Positions 38,210 to 51,530 of a stretch of 64,000 nucleotides of DNA are shown in pieces. A model generated the notes under the pieces. The model was not told the DNA's origin and did not search any database. It saw nothing but the letters and a program-made list of their open reading frames with translations. The DNA is taken from NCBI GenBank assembly GCA_963787125.1, contig CAWBBV010000007.1, forward strand, positions 480,001 through 544,000. The letters are read 5' to 3'. The stretch comes from an uncultured delta proteobacterium (GTDB taxonomy: Bacteria; Desulfobacterota; Desulfuromonadia; Geobacterales; DSM-12255). Each line of letters opens with the position of its first letter. The first letter of the stretch is position 1. A program made the translations under genes and the position numbers.

Positions 38210-39976
38210 TTAGTCAAAGCTTTCAGAAAAGTGTTCAGCAATCCCTGACTTGAGAATTACTTCGACAGCCTCGGCCGAGTCAGCAGCCATAACACTTTCG
38301 GTCAGAGTTCTTGCTTTAGTAATAGAGCACCTGCGTAAGATATTCTTTACTCGAGGAATTGATAAGGGGGACATGGAGAGCTCATCAAAACCGAGTCCCA
38401 AAAGGATAGGGAGATAAAGAGGGTCGCCAGCCATTTCTCCGCAGATGCAAGCCTCAATGCCTGCTGAATGTGCTGCCTCAACTACCATTTTAAGGGATCT
38501 GAGGATCGCAGGATTTAAAGGCTGATACAAATGGGAGAGATGCTCATTTGTTCTGTCTATTGCCAGAGAGTACTGAATTAGGTCGTTCGTCCCGATGCTG
38601 AAGAAATCAACCTCTTTTGCCAGTAGATCGGCAATCAGGACAGCAGAGGGGACTTCTATCATAATTCCAATCATAATGTTTTTATCAAACGGAATGCCTT
38701 CAGCGTCAAGATCAGCTTTGACCTCCCGAAGGATCTGCTTTACTTGTCTAATCTCTGATATTGCAGAAATCATCGGAAAAAACATTCTGACTTTTCCAAA
38801 GGCACTTGTTCTGAGAATGGCACGCAGCTGAGGTCTGAATGTCTCCGGATTGCGCAGAGAGAGCCTTACCGCACGCAGTCCAAGCGCCGGGTTAAGTTCG
38901 TCTTCCGCAAGATTAAGCCCCGCTACAAACTTATCGCCCCCAACGTCAAGAGTTCTTATGCTTACCGGATGAGGTGAAACTTTATTTACCATGCTCAGAT
39001 AGGTTTGAAACTGCTCTTCTTCACCTGGTAGATCGTCCCGATTCATAAAAAGCATCTCTGTTCTGTAAAGACCAACGCCTTCTCCGCCATGCTCCATGAG
39101 AGCCACAGTCTCTTCAGTAAACTCAAGGTTCCCTTTTAAGGCTATTTGATGACCGTCTACAGTTTCAGCCGGCAGGTAGCGGAGTTTTGCAAGCTCTCTG
39201 CTACAGTATTCATAGTATAATTTTCTGGCCAGGTAGTCTTTGAAAATGTCATTGGCGGGATTAATGACAACTGTACCGGTTGAACCGTCGATCATTATGT
39301 GATCGCCGCTAAGAATCAGAGCTGTCGCCGATTCAAGCCCGACTACAGCGGGAATTCCGAGAGCACGGGCGAGAATTGCAGCGTGAGATGTTTTGCCACC
39401 CAAGTCAGTTGCAAAACCGATTACTTTGTTTTTGTCTATCTGGAGGACATCAGCAGGTGAGAGGTCATGAGCTACTATGATGACTTGCCCGGTATGCTCG
39501 GTTATCGGTTCGTGCTGAACACCAATCATGCTGCGCAGTATCCGTTCGCCGACTATTTCTACGTCGCCACCTCTTTCGCGGAGGTATTCATCATCCATTG
39601 CCGCAAAATAATCCCTGAATTTTACTAATGTTCTTTTCAGAGATCCTTCAGCGTTGATATGGGCTGTTTCAATACAGCTTACAGTTTCAGCTGTGAGCAT
39701 GATATCTTCAAGGATCATCAGGTGCGTATCAAGGATGTAAAGGTGTTCAGCCCCTTTTTCTGCTTCAAGCTGTGCTTTAAGTTGCAGCAGGTCATCCTTT
39801 ACACTGTCAATTGCCCCAAGAAAACGTTTTATCTCAGTAGCGACAGCATCAGGGTGTATGGCTGCTTCCGAGACAATAATCTTTGAACGGTCTGCGACTT
39901 TGGCTATGCCGATTGCAACCCCAGGCGAGGCGGCAAGCCCTGATAACACAAGGTTATTATTCCTCTCCGAAACCAT
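38210..39976 (-). CDS. ptsI: PTS enzyme I
   Basis: GGKTSHAAI, GLYRTE, NPALGLRA, SIGTNDL, CGEMAG. Confidence 0.96.
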   Translation of the reverse strand: MVSERNNNLVLSGLAASPGVAIGIAKVADRSKIIVSEAAIHPDAVATEIKRFLGAIDSVKDDLLQLKAQLEAEKGAEHLYILDTHLMILEDIMLTAETVSCIETAHINAEGSLKRTLVKFRDYFAAMDDEYLRERGGDVEIVGERILRSMIGVQHEPITEHTGQVIIVAHDLSPADVLQIDKNKVIGFATDLGGKTSHAAILARALGIPAVVGLESATALILSGDHIMIDGSTGTVVINPANDIFKDYLARKLYYEYCSRELAKLRYLPAETVDGHQIALKGNLEFTEETVALMEHGGEGVGLYRTEMLFMNRDDLPGEEEQFQTYLSMVNKVSPHPVSIRTLDVGGDKFVAGLNLAEDELNPALGLRAVRLSLRNPETFRPQLRAILRTSAFGKVRMFFPMISAISEIRQVKQILREVKADLDAEGIPFDKNIMIGIMIEVPSAVLIADLLAKEVDFFSIGTNDLIQYSLAIDRTNEHLSHLYQPLNPAILRSLKMVVEAAHSAGIEACICGEMAGDPLYLPILLGLGFDELSMSPLSIPRVKNILRRCSITKARTLTESVMAADSAEAVEVILKSGIAEHFSESFD

Positions 39977-40223
39977 TTTGTATTAAGTCTCCAAGTTTCT
40001 GAAATGCCTCGCCTTCATCAACGCCTTCAACTTTAAGGGCAATCTGTGTCCCTTTGGCTGCTGCCAACATCATGATGCCCATAATACTTTTGCCGTTAAC
40101 TTCAACGCCGTCTCTCAAAACTTTTATTTCTGATTTAAACTGACTTGCCGTTTTTACAAAAAGTGCTGAAGCTCTGGCATGAAGACCGAGTTTGTTAACT
40201 ATCGAAAAGTGTTGCTCAAGCAT
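39957..40223 (-). CDS. ptsH: HPr phosphocarrier
   Basis: GLHARA (His15) and GKSIMG (Ser46). Confidence 0.95.
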   Translation of the reverse strand: MLEQHFSIVNKLGLHARASALFVKTASQFKSEIKVLRDGVEVNGKSIMGIMMLAAAKGTQIALKVEGVDEGEAFQKLGDLIQNGFGEE

Positions 40224-40246
40224 ATATTAATTAACTCCTTACCACA

Positions 40247-40642
40247 TTACTTCTTAAGATAATCACCAGCGACGGTTACACCTTCTCTTCCGGTGTCGCG
40301 TATCTGGGCGGCAAGTTCAGCCACACCATAGCGTTCTCTATCGCCTGCAAACTTGATCAGCATTGGGAGGTTAACTCCGGTCAGCACCTCTATCCGGTTC
40401 TCTTTCAAGAATGACAGGCTCATATTGGACGGCGTTCCGCCGAACATATCTGTCATTATTATGACATCTTCCGCCGCGACAGCTGTGATCGCAGCAGTTA
40501 GCGCCGCACGAATTTCATCAACAGAGTCGGACGCCTGGATTGCAACAGCTGCTGCGCCATCAATAGTGCCTACTATCATTTCGGCAGCCCTTATAAGCTC
40601 TGCTGCCAAACTTGCATGTGCTACCACGACTAGTCCTGTCAT
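40247..40642 (-). CDS. PTS EIIA component, mannose/fructose family
   Basis: VVVAH, TDMFGGTPSN, GVNLPML. Confidence 0.92.
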   Translation of the reverse strand: MTGLVVVAHASLAAELIRAAEMIVGTIDGAAAVAIQASDSVDEIRAALTAAITAVAAEDVIIMTDMFGGTPSNMSLSFLKENRIEVLTGVNLPMLIKFAGDRERYGVAELAAQIRDTGREGVTVAGDYLKK

Positions 40643-40645
40643 AAA

Positions 40646-41521
40646 TCAACCTTTCCCCATGTCTCTGTGTGTTACTTTAAGTGAAAGCTTTCTCTCGGAG
40701 AGAAATTTTCGTAATACTTCAATTATAAATACAGATCGGTGCCTGCCCCCTGTACAACCGACAGAAATTGTCAGATATGACTTTCCCTCTTTCTGGTAAC
40801 GAGGGATGAGGAAATCAATGAACCAGAGGAATCTGTCGAGGAACTCACTGGTATCCGGTTGCTCTGTGAGAAAAGTCTTTACACCGCTATCCATCCCAGT
40901 GAGCTGTTTGAGCTCTTGCACAAAGTATGGGTTGGGTAAAAAGCGGACATCCATGACGATATCAGATTCAAGTGGTACCCCGTATCTGAAGCCAAAAGAT
41001 TGAATGTGAAGGTTGAAAACCTTGGGTGTACCGGCACCCGAGATAATGCTGACGATCATATCTTTCAATTGATGTACATTCAGCTCTGAGGTGTCAATGA
41101 TAGAGGTTGCTATCTGTTTCAATCCGGCAAGATGTTCACGCTCAAATCTTATTCCGTCAAGAACAGAACCATTTTCAAGGGCGGGGTGTCTGCGCCGGGT
41201 CTCGGAAAATCTCCGGACAAGAACGTCATCGCTTGAATCAAGGAAAAGTATTTCAACTTTATGTCCAGCCTCACGCAGTTCCTTGAATATGTTTTCCCGC
41301 CCCTTAAAGAAATCCCTGGCGCGAATATCTATAACTATGGCGACATTTTTGATGCGTTCAGATGATTTCTCAGCTAGTTCGATAAAGACCTGAAGAAGCG
41401 TAAGTGGGAGGTTGTCGAGACAGAAAAAACCTTCATCCTCAAGGGCGTGGACAGCTGTTGATTTTCCAGATCCTGAAAGCCCGGTTATCGCGCAAATTCT
41501 AAGTTTACTCAACTTCATCAC
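40646..41521 (-). CDS. rapZ: RNase adapter / P-loop protein RapZ (exact start uncertain)
   Basis: TGLSGSGKS, DNLP, ETRRRHP, SFGF, DVRFLPNP, GCTGGRHRSV. Confidence 0.95.
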   Translation of the reverse strand: MMKLSKLRICAITGLSGSGKSTAVHALEDEGFFCLDNLPLTLLQVFIELAEKSSERIKNVAIVIDIRARDFFKGRENIFKELREAGHKVEILFLDSSDDVLVRRFSETRRRHPALENGSVLDGIRFEREHLAGLKQIATSIIDTSELNVHQLKDMIVSIISGAGTPKVFNLHIQSFGFRYGVPLESDIVMDVRFLPNPYFVQELKQLTGMDSGVKTFLTEQPDTSEFLDRFLWFIDFLIPRYQKEGKSYLTISVGCTGGRHRSVFIIEVLRKFLSERKLSLKVTHRDMGKG

Positions 41522-42464
41522 CTATGGGGCGTACATCCATCCGGGCAAGGAGCTTTTCCTGAAACTCTTTAGCTGAGTGATAACCCATCCCTTTTAGCAA
41601 AAAATTCCGGGCAGCAACTTCTATGATGGATGTTATGTTTCTGCCAGGACGGACAGGGATGCAAATGTATGGCAGATCCACTCCAAGGATCGAGTAAGTC
41701 TGGTCGTCGACTCCAAGTCGGTCGTATTCATGCTCAGGATCCCACTCTACAAGCTCAATCACTATATCAATGATCTTCTTCTCCCTTATGGAGGAGACAC
41801 CATAAAGATCTTTGATGTTAATAATGCCCAAACCCCTGATTTCAAGGTGATACTGGATCAATTCGCCAGCCTGTCCGACCAGAGACGCAGGAACTTTTTT
41901 CTTGATGTTTATAATATCATCTCCGACAAGACGATGTCCTCGGATAACAAGGTCAAGTGCACATTCACTCTTGCCGATACCGCTTTTACCGAGTAGAAGG
42001 ACTCCGACTCCGAGAACATCGACAAGCACACCATGGATGTGAGTTGTCGGCAGGAGCCGCTCTTCAAGGAACTTTGTTATGAGCGAAATAAATATGGAGG
42101 ATTGCAGTGATGTTCCCAGAAGTGGAATTTCTGCCTTTTCCGCCTCCTGTTTGAGACAGTCCGGAGGGTCGAGCCCTTTTGTGACTATAAAACAGGAGAT
42201 CGGAAAAGAGCAGAAACGGATAATATTTGCAGACGCTTGTTCCTCAGACATCTTCATGAGGTACGATATTTCGGTGTTCCCCAGTACCTGAAGGCGATCA
42301 GGGTGAAGATGTTCGGTGTAACCGGTCAGGGCAAGCCCCGGTTTTTGTATGCGTGCACTGTAAAGGCGGTGCGACAGGCCAGCCTCACCTGCAAACAGTG
42401 AGAGGTCAAGCCCGTACTCTTTGTCATGCAACAAGTCACTAATTGTGAGGCTGGTTCTGTTCAA
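41505..42464 (-). CDS. hprK: HPr kinase/phosphorylase
   Basis: HGVLVDV, GKSGIGKSE, GHRLVGDD, EIRGLGII, PGRN. Confidence 0.96.
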   Translation of the reverse strand: MNRTSLTISDLLHDKEYGLDLSLFAGEAGLSHRLYSARIQKPGLALTGYTEHLHPDRLQVLGNTEISYLMKMSEEQASANIIRFCSFPISCFIVTKGLDPPDCLKQEAEKAEIPLLGTSLQSSIFISLITKFLEERLLPTTHIHGVLVDVLGVGVLLLGKSGIGKSECALDLVIRGHRLVGDDIINIKKKVPASLVGQAGELIQYHLEIRGLGIINIKDLYGVSSIREKKIIDIVIELVEWDPEHEYDRLGVDDQTYSILGVDLPYICIPVRPGRNITSIIEVAARNFLLKGMGYHSAKEFQEKLLARMDVRPIGDEVE

Positions 42465-42550
42465 ATTCCCCTCATATCTTCAAGTGGAGTTTCCATCAAT
42501 ACAACAGCCTCAAGTAAAATAACCGTGAGCCTTTAGATGGTTCCTTTTTT

Positions 42551-43096
42551 TCAGGCTCTTGGCGGCTCAATAAGTCCGTAGTTACCGTCTTTCCGGCGAT
42601 AGAGGACATTGATGTTCTCTGTGGCAGCGTCGGTAAAAACCAGAAACTCCTTGTGCATCAGGTCCATTTGCATGACGGCTTCATCGACAAACATCGGCTT
42701 GATCGAGATAGGCTCGGAGCGGATAACTACCGGTGGCTGTTGCTGATCCAGGCTTTCAGCTTGAACGATAGTCTTGAGTCCTTCACGGGTACGGATGTCT
42801 GCTGAAGGTTTATGTCCTTTGAGTCTTTCTTTGTAGCGTCTCAGTTGACGCTCGATTTTATCAACGACAGCGTCAATCGACGCATACATATCGTTAGTGG
42901 CCTCAGAAGCCTTGATGGTAATACCTTTGGCCGTCAACGTTATCTCAACAATGTGGCGTATCTTTTCAACTGTCATATAAGTTTGTGCGACAACAGGCTC
43001 GTCAATGTATTTCTTTACCCGGTCAAGTTTCTCTTCCACATAGCTCTTTAATGCATCACTTTGTTCCATGTGTCTAAATGTAGTTGTAATCTGCAT
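42551..43096 (-). CDS. hpf: Long ribosome hibernation promoting factor
   Basis: DMYASID...KIERQLRRYK, KPM..DEA..QM, YRRKDGNYG. Confidence 0.93.
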   Translation of the reverse strand: MQITTTFRHMEQSDALKSYVEEKLDRVKKYIDEPVVAQTYMTVEKIRHIVEITLTAKGITIKASEATNDMYASIDAVVDKIERQLRRYKERLKGHKPSADIRTREGLKTIVQAESLDQQQPPVVIRSEPISIKPMFVDEAVMQMDLMHKEFLVFTDAATENINVLYRRKDGNYGLIEPPRA

Positions 43097-43136
43097 AATT
43101 ACCTCCTGTTTGGTAGTGGTGCTCTACGGCGCCCTG

Positions 43137-44580
43137 CTAAAACATCCGCTTTCTCTCTGATGAAGAGCCTAACCGCAGCATCTCCCGGTATTTTGTCACA
43201 GTTCTTCTCGCAATATTAATATTCCCCGCCGCCAGCATCTCAGCGAGGGTCTGATCGCTGAGCGGTTTTCGTGGATCTTCAGCCTCTATCAATTCTTTTA
43301 TCTTTCTCTTTACGCTTTCGGAGGCAATAAAGTCGCCGCCGGTAATTGATATGGCGCTGTTGAAGAAGTATTTCATCTCGAAGATGCCTTGCGGCGTATG
43401 CATGTATTTACTGGTGGTTACCCGGCTTATAGTTGACTCATGCATGCCGATGTCTTCGGCAACATCTCTTAACACAAGCGGCCTGAGATACTCTATCCCT
43501 TTTTCAAAAAACTCCCGCTGGAATTTGACAATACTTTTTGCCGCCTTGAAAATAGTCCGCTGACGTTGATGAATGCTTTTTATCAAGCCAGAGCGCAGAA
43601 CGCATCTTGTCACTTACATATTCCCCTGTGCCGGAATCCATCTCCTTCACCCTGGCATCAGAGTAATACGGGTTTATCCGGAGCATGGGAAGGCCCTCTT
43701 CGTTAAGGGTAACCACATAATCATCGCCGACCTTATAGACAAAAATATCAGGCGAAATGTACTGTACGTCGTCATGGGCGAAAATATGTCCCGGCTTGGG
43801 GTCGAGACCCGCTATCAGCTTGGCGGCATTGAGGATGTCCTGAACGCTCACGCCCAGTGCGCGTGATATCTGTTTGTAGCGTCGTGTTTCAAGGTCCTTG
43901 AGATGATCTCTCAGGATAAACTCCACTACACTGCCCTGCATGCCGAACTGTTGAACCTGAATCAGGAGGCATTCCCGCAAATCTCTTGCAGCGACACCGG
44001 GTGGATCAAAATCCTGAATCTTCTTTAGTGCAGATTCCGCTACCTCTTCCGGGACATCACACAGTCTGGCAACATCTTCAATAGTGCTTCTGAGGTAGCC
44101 GTCATCGTCGATGTTGCCGATGATCTCAGTGCTCACTTTTATTTCGTTTTCCTCAAATTTAGAGAGGTTAAGCTGCCACATGAGGTGATCAACAAGGGTA
44201 CCTTTCTTGGTCAGAAGGTTTTCAAAGGAAGGCCGATCCTCATCATCGCTATACTGTTCTCCTGAGCTGTAATTATAGCCATCAATGTAACTGTCCCAGT
44301 CCATTTCCCGGATGGTCTCACTGCCGGCTGTAACTTCCTTGAAACGTTCACTTTCTTCAAGAGGGGCAGGTTCACGTTCCTGGATTTCAACTTGCTCAAG
44401 TTCTTTTATGCTCTCCTGTTCAAGTGTCTCATCAAGGATCGGATTTTCTTCCAACTCCTGGCTGACAAGGTCCTGAAGCTCAAGACGCGAAAGCTGAAGC
44501 AGTTTTATAGCCTGCTGCAGCTGGGGAGTCATCACCAGCTGCTGGGTCAGCTTCATCTGTTGGCGCATCTCAAGTGCCAT
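43137..44580 (-). CDS. rpoN: RNA polymerase sigma-54, with an apparent +1 frameshift near 43585
   Basis: QQLVMTPQLQQAIKLLQ region I, HESTISR, RpoN box ARRTVTKYRE. Deleting one base restores SALWLIKSIHQRQ. Confidence 0.93.
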
Positions 44581-44617
44581 CTAATGTTCCTCGAAAAGCT
44601 TAAATCCCTATCAGGGA

Positions 44618-45361
44618 TCAGAGTTGGAATTTATCGCCGAGATAGATCTCGCGTGCCTTCTTACTGTTTGCTATCTGTTCAGGAGTGCCACATTCAAGCA
44701 GTTCTCCAGCGTTTACAATGTACGCTTTGTCGCAGACCCCTAATGTTTCGCGGACATTATGGTCAGAGATAAGTATACCAATGTTTTTCGCCTTTAGTTC
44801 GGCAATAATATTCTGGATGTCAATTACTGCTATCGGATCGATACCGGCAAAAGGTTCGTCAAGCAGAATGAATTTAGGCCTTGTGGCAAGAGCTCTGGCA
44901 ATTTCAACACGGCGGCGTTCACCACCTGAGAGAGCATAGCCCTTACTTTTTGAAATATGCGTAATTCTGAACTCATTTAACAGCTCTTCAGCTCTCTGTT
45001 TGCGCAGCAGTTTGGAAGGCTCGACAGTTTCAAGGATTGCCAGTAAGTTGTCTTCAACCGTCAATCGCCTGAATACCGACGGTTCCTGTGGCAGGTAGCT
45101 CAATCCTTGTCTGGCGCGCATATAAACCGGCAGTTTTGTTAACGACTTGCCGCTCATCATGATTTCGCCGCTGTCCGGTCGACAAAGTCCAACCATCATG
45201 TAGAAAGTGGTTGTTTTGCCGGCGCCGTTCGGACCCAGTAACCCGGCAACCTCACCGGCAGCAAGGTCTATGTCGATACCCTTTACAACGGTTCTTTCGC
45301 CAAAGGATTTTTTAAGACCCCTTGCAGTAAGGGTGTCAAGGTTTCGTGGGCTTTCCATCAC
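44618..45361 (-). CDS. lptB: LPS export ABC ATPase
   Basis: [31 protein letters not shown]. Upstream of rpoN. Confidence 0.95.
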   Translation of the reverse strand: MMESPRNLDTLTARGLKKSFGERTVVKGIDIDLAAGEVAGLLGPNGAGKTTTFYMMVGLCRPDSGEIMMSGKSLTKLPVYMRARQGLSYLPQEPSVFRRLTVEDNLLAILETVEPSKLLRKQRAEELLNEFRITHISKSKGYALSGGERRRVEIARALATRPKFILLDEPFAGIDPIAVIDIQNIIAELKAKNIGILISDHNVRETLGVCDKAYIVNAGELLECGTPEQIANSKKAREIYLGDKFQL

Positions 45362-45848
45362 TACCTTTCACATTCGGATGAATAATAGCTTCAACTCTGC
45401 TGTCCGTGCCTGAAGTAACTTCGCTTTTGTCCTGATCAAGGTAGTAAGTGATTACTTTGCCGGAGATTGTGTCGCTATCCTGAAAAACCTTAGGATTGCC
45501 GTCAAGGATTATTAACGCTTTTTTGGCGTCATATACTCCATGATCAGCCTGAGCGCGGCGCTTTCCCTGAGTTATTGTAACGTTGCCTGAAACTTCGGCG
45601 GTACTTATTCCACCTTCGTCATCGGAGTAGCTTATAACAAGCTTATCCGAATAAATAGTCAGATCTCCTTGTCTGGCGATAACTTTGCCGGTAAAGGTGG
45701 CAATTTTAAGGTTGTTGTCTGTAACGAGCTGGTCTGATTTGACCTTGATCGGTTCATTACTGCGCGATGCCGGGAGCTTCCCCTGAGCATAAAGCATGGC
45801 TGAAAACGAGAAGAAAATTGTCATGAACAGCAATAACTTCTTGATCAT
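45336..45848 (-). CDS. lptA: LPS transport periplasmic protein
   Basis: Signal peptide, OstA-like beta-jellyroll pattern, synteny. Confidence 0.88.
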   Translation of the reverse strand: MIKKLLLFMTIFFSFSAMLYAQGKLPASRSNEPIKVKSDQLVTDNNLKIATFTGKVIARQGDLTIYSDKLVISYSDDEGGISTAEVSGNVTITQGKRRAQADHGVYDAKKALIILDGNPKVFQDSDTISGKVITYYLDQDKSEVTSGTDSRVEAIIHPNVKGSDGKPTKP

Positions 45849-46423
45849 TTTTTCCTCTTGCCCGGGAAGACGGTTGCTTCAACCTGGTTTCTGACAACTG
45901 CCTGTTGCCTGTCAACGTATAAATCCATGCCGACACCGTCAACCGTTAACCCTGCATCCGTCAGCCTTATTTTGTCTTTTGTACTGAACGTCTGGCTTTT
46001 TGAATCATAATTTATTCGTGGCGTCTCGAAAGTCATACCGTCAGCGGTTTTAGCAATAACATTGCCGTCCAGTTGAATGCTTTTTGCAGTGTGCTGGTAG
46101 TCCCCTTGCTTTGCAGTTACCGTCACAGGACCATTTTTCTTGTCACGCTCGACGACAAAACGGACGTCTTCAAGCGAGGTAGTCTCTTTTGGCTTGTCAT
46201 AACTGCCTTTTTGCGCAAAAAGCTCCCACTTTTTCTCGTTCTGATGATTCTCGGAGAAATGGATCGTCTTCATGGAAATATCTGTTGAGAGAGAGCTTGA
46301 TAAAGTTTTTCGCTCTTTTCTGGCACTGTCGATGAAATAACGGATAACCATCGTCAGAGTTGCGACCGCGGCAACAAGAATCACAAGTCCAAGGATGCGC
46401 CTGAAGTAGGTTGTTTTTGACAT
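45845..46423 (-). CDS. lptC: LPS export protein LptC
   Basis: Single N-terminal TM, beta-rich domain, synteny. Confidence 0.85.
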   Translation of the reverse strand: MSKTTYFRRILGLVILVAAVATLTMVIRYFIDSARKERKTLSSSLSTDISMKTIHFSENHQNEKKWELFAQKGSYDKPKETTSLEDVRFVVERDKKNGPVTVTAKQGDYQHTAKSIQLDGNVIAKTADGMTFETPRINYDSKSQTFSTKDKIRLTDAGLTVDGVGMDLYVDRQQAVVRNQVEATVFPGKRKK

Positions 46424-46515
46424 AAGAAGGGCAAACTATAGCATTTTAAGAAAAGCCAGTAAAGCGCTTTATGCTAAAATGTGGGTGACTTGGCACAAAG
46501 ATTGTATCGACATAT

Positions 46516-46549
46516 AAAAAAGCGGTAACGACTTAAAGACGTTACCGCT
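46516..46549 (-). terminator. Intrinsic terminator after kdsC
   Basis: AGCGGTAACG/CGTTACCGCT stem followed by a U-tract on the minus strand. Confidence 0.7.
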
Positions 46550-46582
46550 GTGGGTTAAAAATATCCGTACAGAAAAACTACT

Positions 46583-47095
46583 TCAGTAATAGCGAGCGGT
46601 CAGCTCTTCCCATCTCCCTTGTGATTTGAGGAGAAGATCAGAAATTTCCCGAACGGCCCCCCAGCCGCCACGGTTTTTTGTGACAAGATGAACAAACGGG
46701 AAAACTTCTGCAATTGCATCTGCTGGCGCAGCAGCAAAACCAACCCTTCGCAATACCGGAATGTCGATCAGGTCATCACCGATAAATGCGACCTCGTCGT
46801 CAGCTAAACCGGTGTCAGCAAGGATTGTGAGGTAAGGAACAAGCTTGTCCAGGGCTTTTAGAAATACCCGCTCTATGCCGAGTTCAGCCGCTCTGTTAGC
46901 GACAACCTGTGACTGCCGGCCGGAAATAATGCCGACCTCAATTCCTGCTCGCTGCAGCATTTTGATGCCGTGACCATCTTTTACATTGAAAAACTTGCTT
47001 TCAATTCCGTTTGAATCGAAAATTATTCTGCCGTCGGTCATGACACCGTCAACATCAAGCAGCAACATTTTAATCTTTTTCAGGCGATCAATCAT
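46583..47095 (-). CDS. kdsC: KDO-8-phosphate phosphatase
   Basis: DVDGVMTDG, KDGHG, GDDLID, GAVRE. Confidence 0.93.
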   Translation of the reverse strand: MIDRLKKIKMLLLDVDGVMTDGRIIFDSNGIESKFFNVKDGHGIKMLQRAGIEVGIISGRQSQVVANRAAELGIERVFLKALDKLVPYLTILADTGLADDEVAFIGDDLIDIPVLRRVGFAAAPADAIAEVFPFVHLVTKNRGGWGAVREISDLLLKSQGRWEELTARYY

Positions 47096-48056
47096 CAGGC
47101 TATCCCGGCTTTAAGCAGGTCGTGAAGGTGGAGGATCCCGACCGGTATTTTGGAGTCATCGTCAGCGAAAACAAACAGGGAGGTTATAGAATACTGCTCC
47201 ATTTTCTGCAGACCCTTTGCCGCCAGTTCATTACGAAGTATCCGCTTGGGATTGCATTTCATTAATTCGTCTGCCGGTCGGCCGAGGAAGTCAACCCCCT
47301 TTTCCAGTGCACGGCGGAGATCTCCATCAGTAATAACTCCAGCAAGAGATCCGTCAGTATTGAGAACTCCTGTGCAGCCGAGTCCTTTTGAAGTGATCTC
47401 GAAAATGACCTGTTTCATGAGCATTCCGGCTTCAACCAGTGGTATTTCTGAGCCGGAGTGCATCATGTCGTTGACAGAAAGGAGCAGTTTCTTGCCCAGT
47501 GCTCCACCTGGGTGGAAGAGTGCAAAATCTTCAGCCTTGAAGCCCCGCTCTACCAGAAGTGCGACCGCAAGTGCATCACCCATTGCCAGAGTGGCAGTTG
47601 TTGAGGCTGTAGGTGCAAGTCCGAGAGGGCAGGCTTCTTCCTTTATCGCTATATTCAGATGGATATCGCCGGCTTTTGCCAGGGTCGATGCAGGTTTGCC
47701 GGTCATGGAGATTAGCTCTGCGCCTATTCGCTTAACAATCGGCAGGATGCGCAGGACTTCTTCGGTTTCGCCGCTATTGGAAATGGCTATAACCACGTCA
47801 CCTCTAATGATCATGCCGAGATCACCATGGAGCGCTTCGCCCGGATGAAGGAAGAATGCCGGCGTGCCGGTAGACGCCATTGTGGAAGCGATCTTTTGCC
47901 CGATCAGTCCGGATTTTCCCATGCCGGTAACGATGACTCTCCCCTTTGATGCCATTATCATCCGGACAGCTTTCTCAAAGCTGCTGTCAACTGAGTCTGC
48001 CAGGGCGAGCAGAGCGGCGGCTTCAATCCGGATAACTTTCCTTGCCTCTTCAATAA

Positions 48057-48060
<4 letters not shown>
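47095..48060 (-). CDS. kdsD: Arabinose-5-phosphate isomerase (SIS plus CBS)
   Basis: [28 protein letters not shown]. Confidence 0.94.
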
Positions 48061-51277
<3,217 letters not shown>

Positions 51278-51341
51278 GGGATATAAGGACCGTTGCTGTA
51301 GTTTGTGGAGTTATAGTCCCTTCTTTACGGCGGGACATACA

Positions 51342-51370
51342 ACGCTACATCAAAAGGGTGGAGGTGTCAA
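51342..51370 (-). promoter_or_regulatory. Putative sigma70 promoter of the kdsB-pyrG-kdsA operon
   Basis: TTGACA-N17-TAGCGT. Confidence 0.55.
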
Positions 51371-51450
51371 GCGGGGGATGAATATGCGGGGATGAATATG
51401 TGACTATGTTGATAGTCATGACAAGATGGTATTTAATCTCTGCGGGTACA

Positions 51451-51529
51451 ATTCCCCACAGCTTGCTGCGATAAGAGCATCAAAATACTTGTTCAGATAC
51501 CTCGCTGCTTGCGGCGAGGTGATTCATTT
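51451..51529. repeat. Pair of related GC-rich palindromes (REP-like) at the islet boundary
   Basis: CCCCACAGCTTGCTGCG (51454-51470) and ACCTCGCTGCTTGCGGCGAGGT (51499-51520). Confidence 0.55.
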
Positions 51530-51530
51530 G

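Noticed and set aside
46490..46506. sigma54-like TTGGCAC-N5-TTGTA
   Set aside because: The -12 GC is not conserved and it points at no plus-strand gene.
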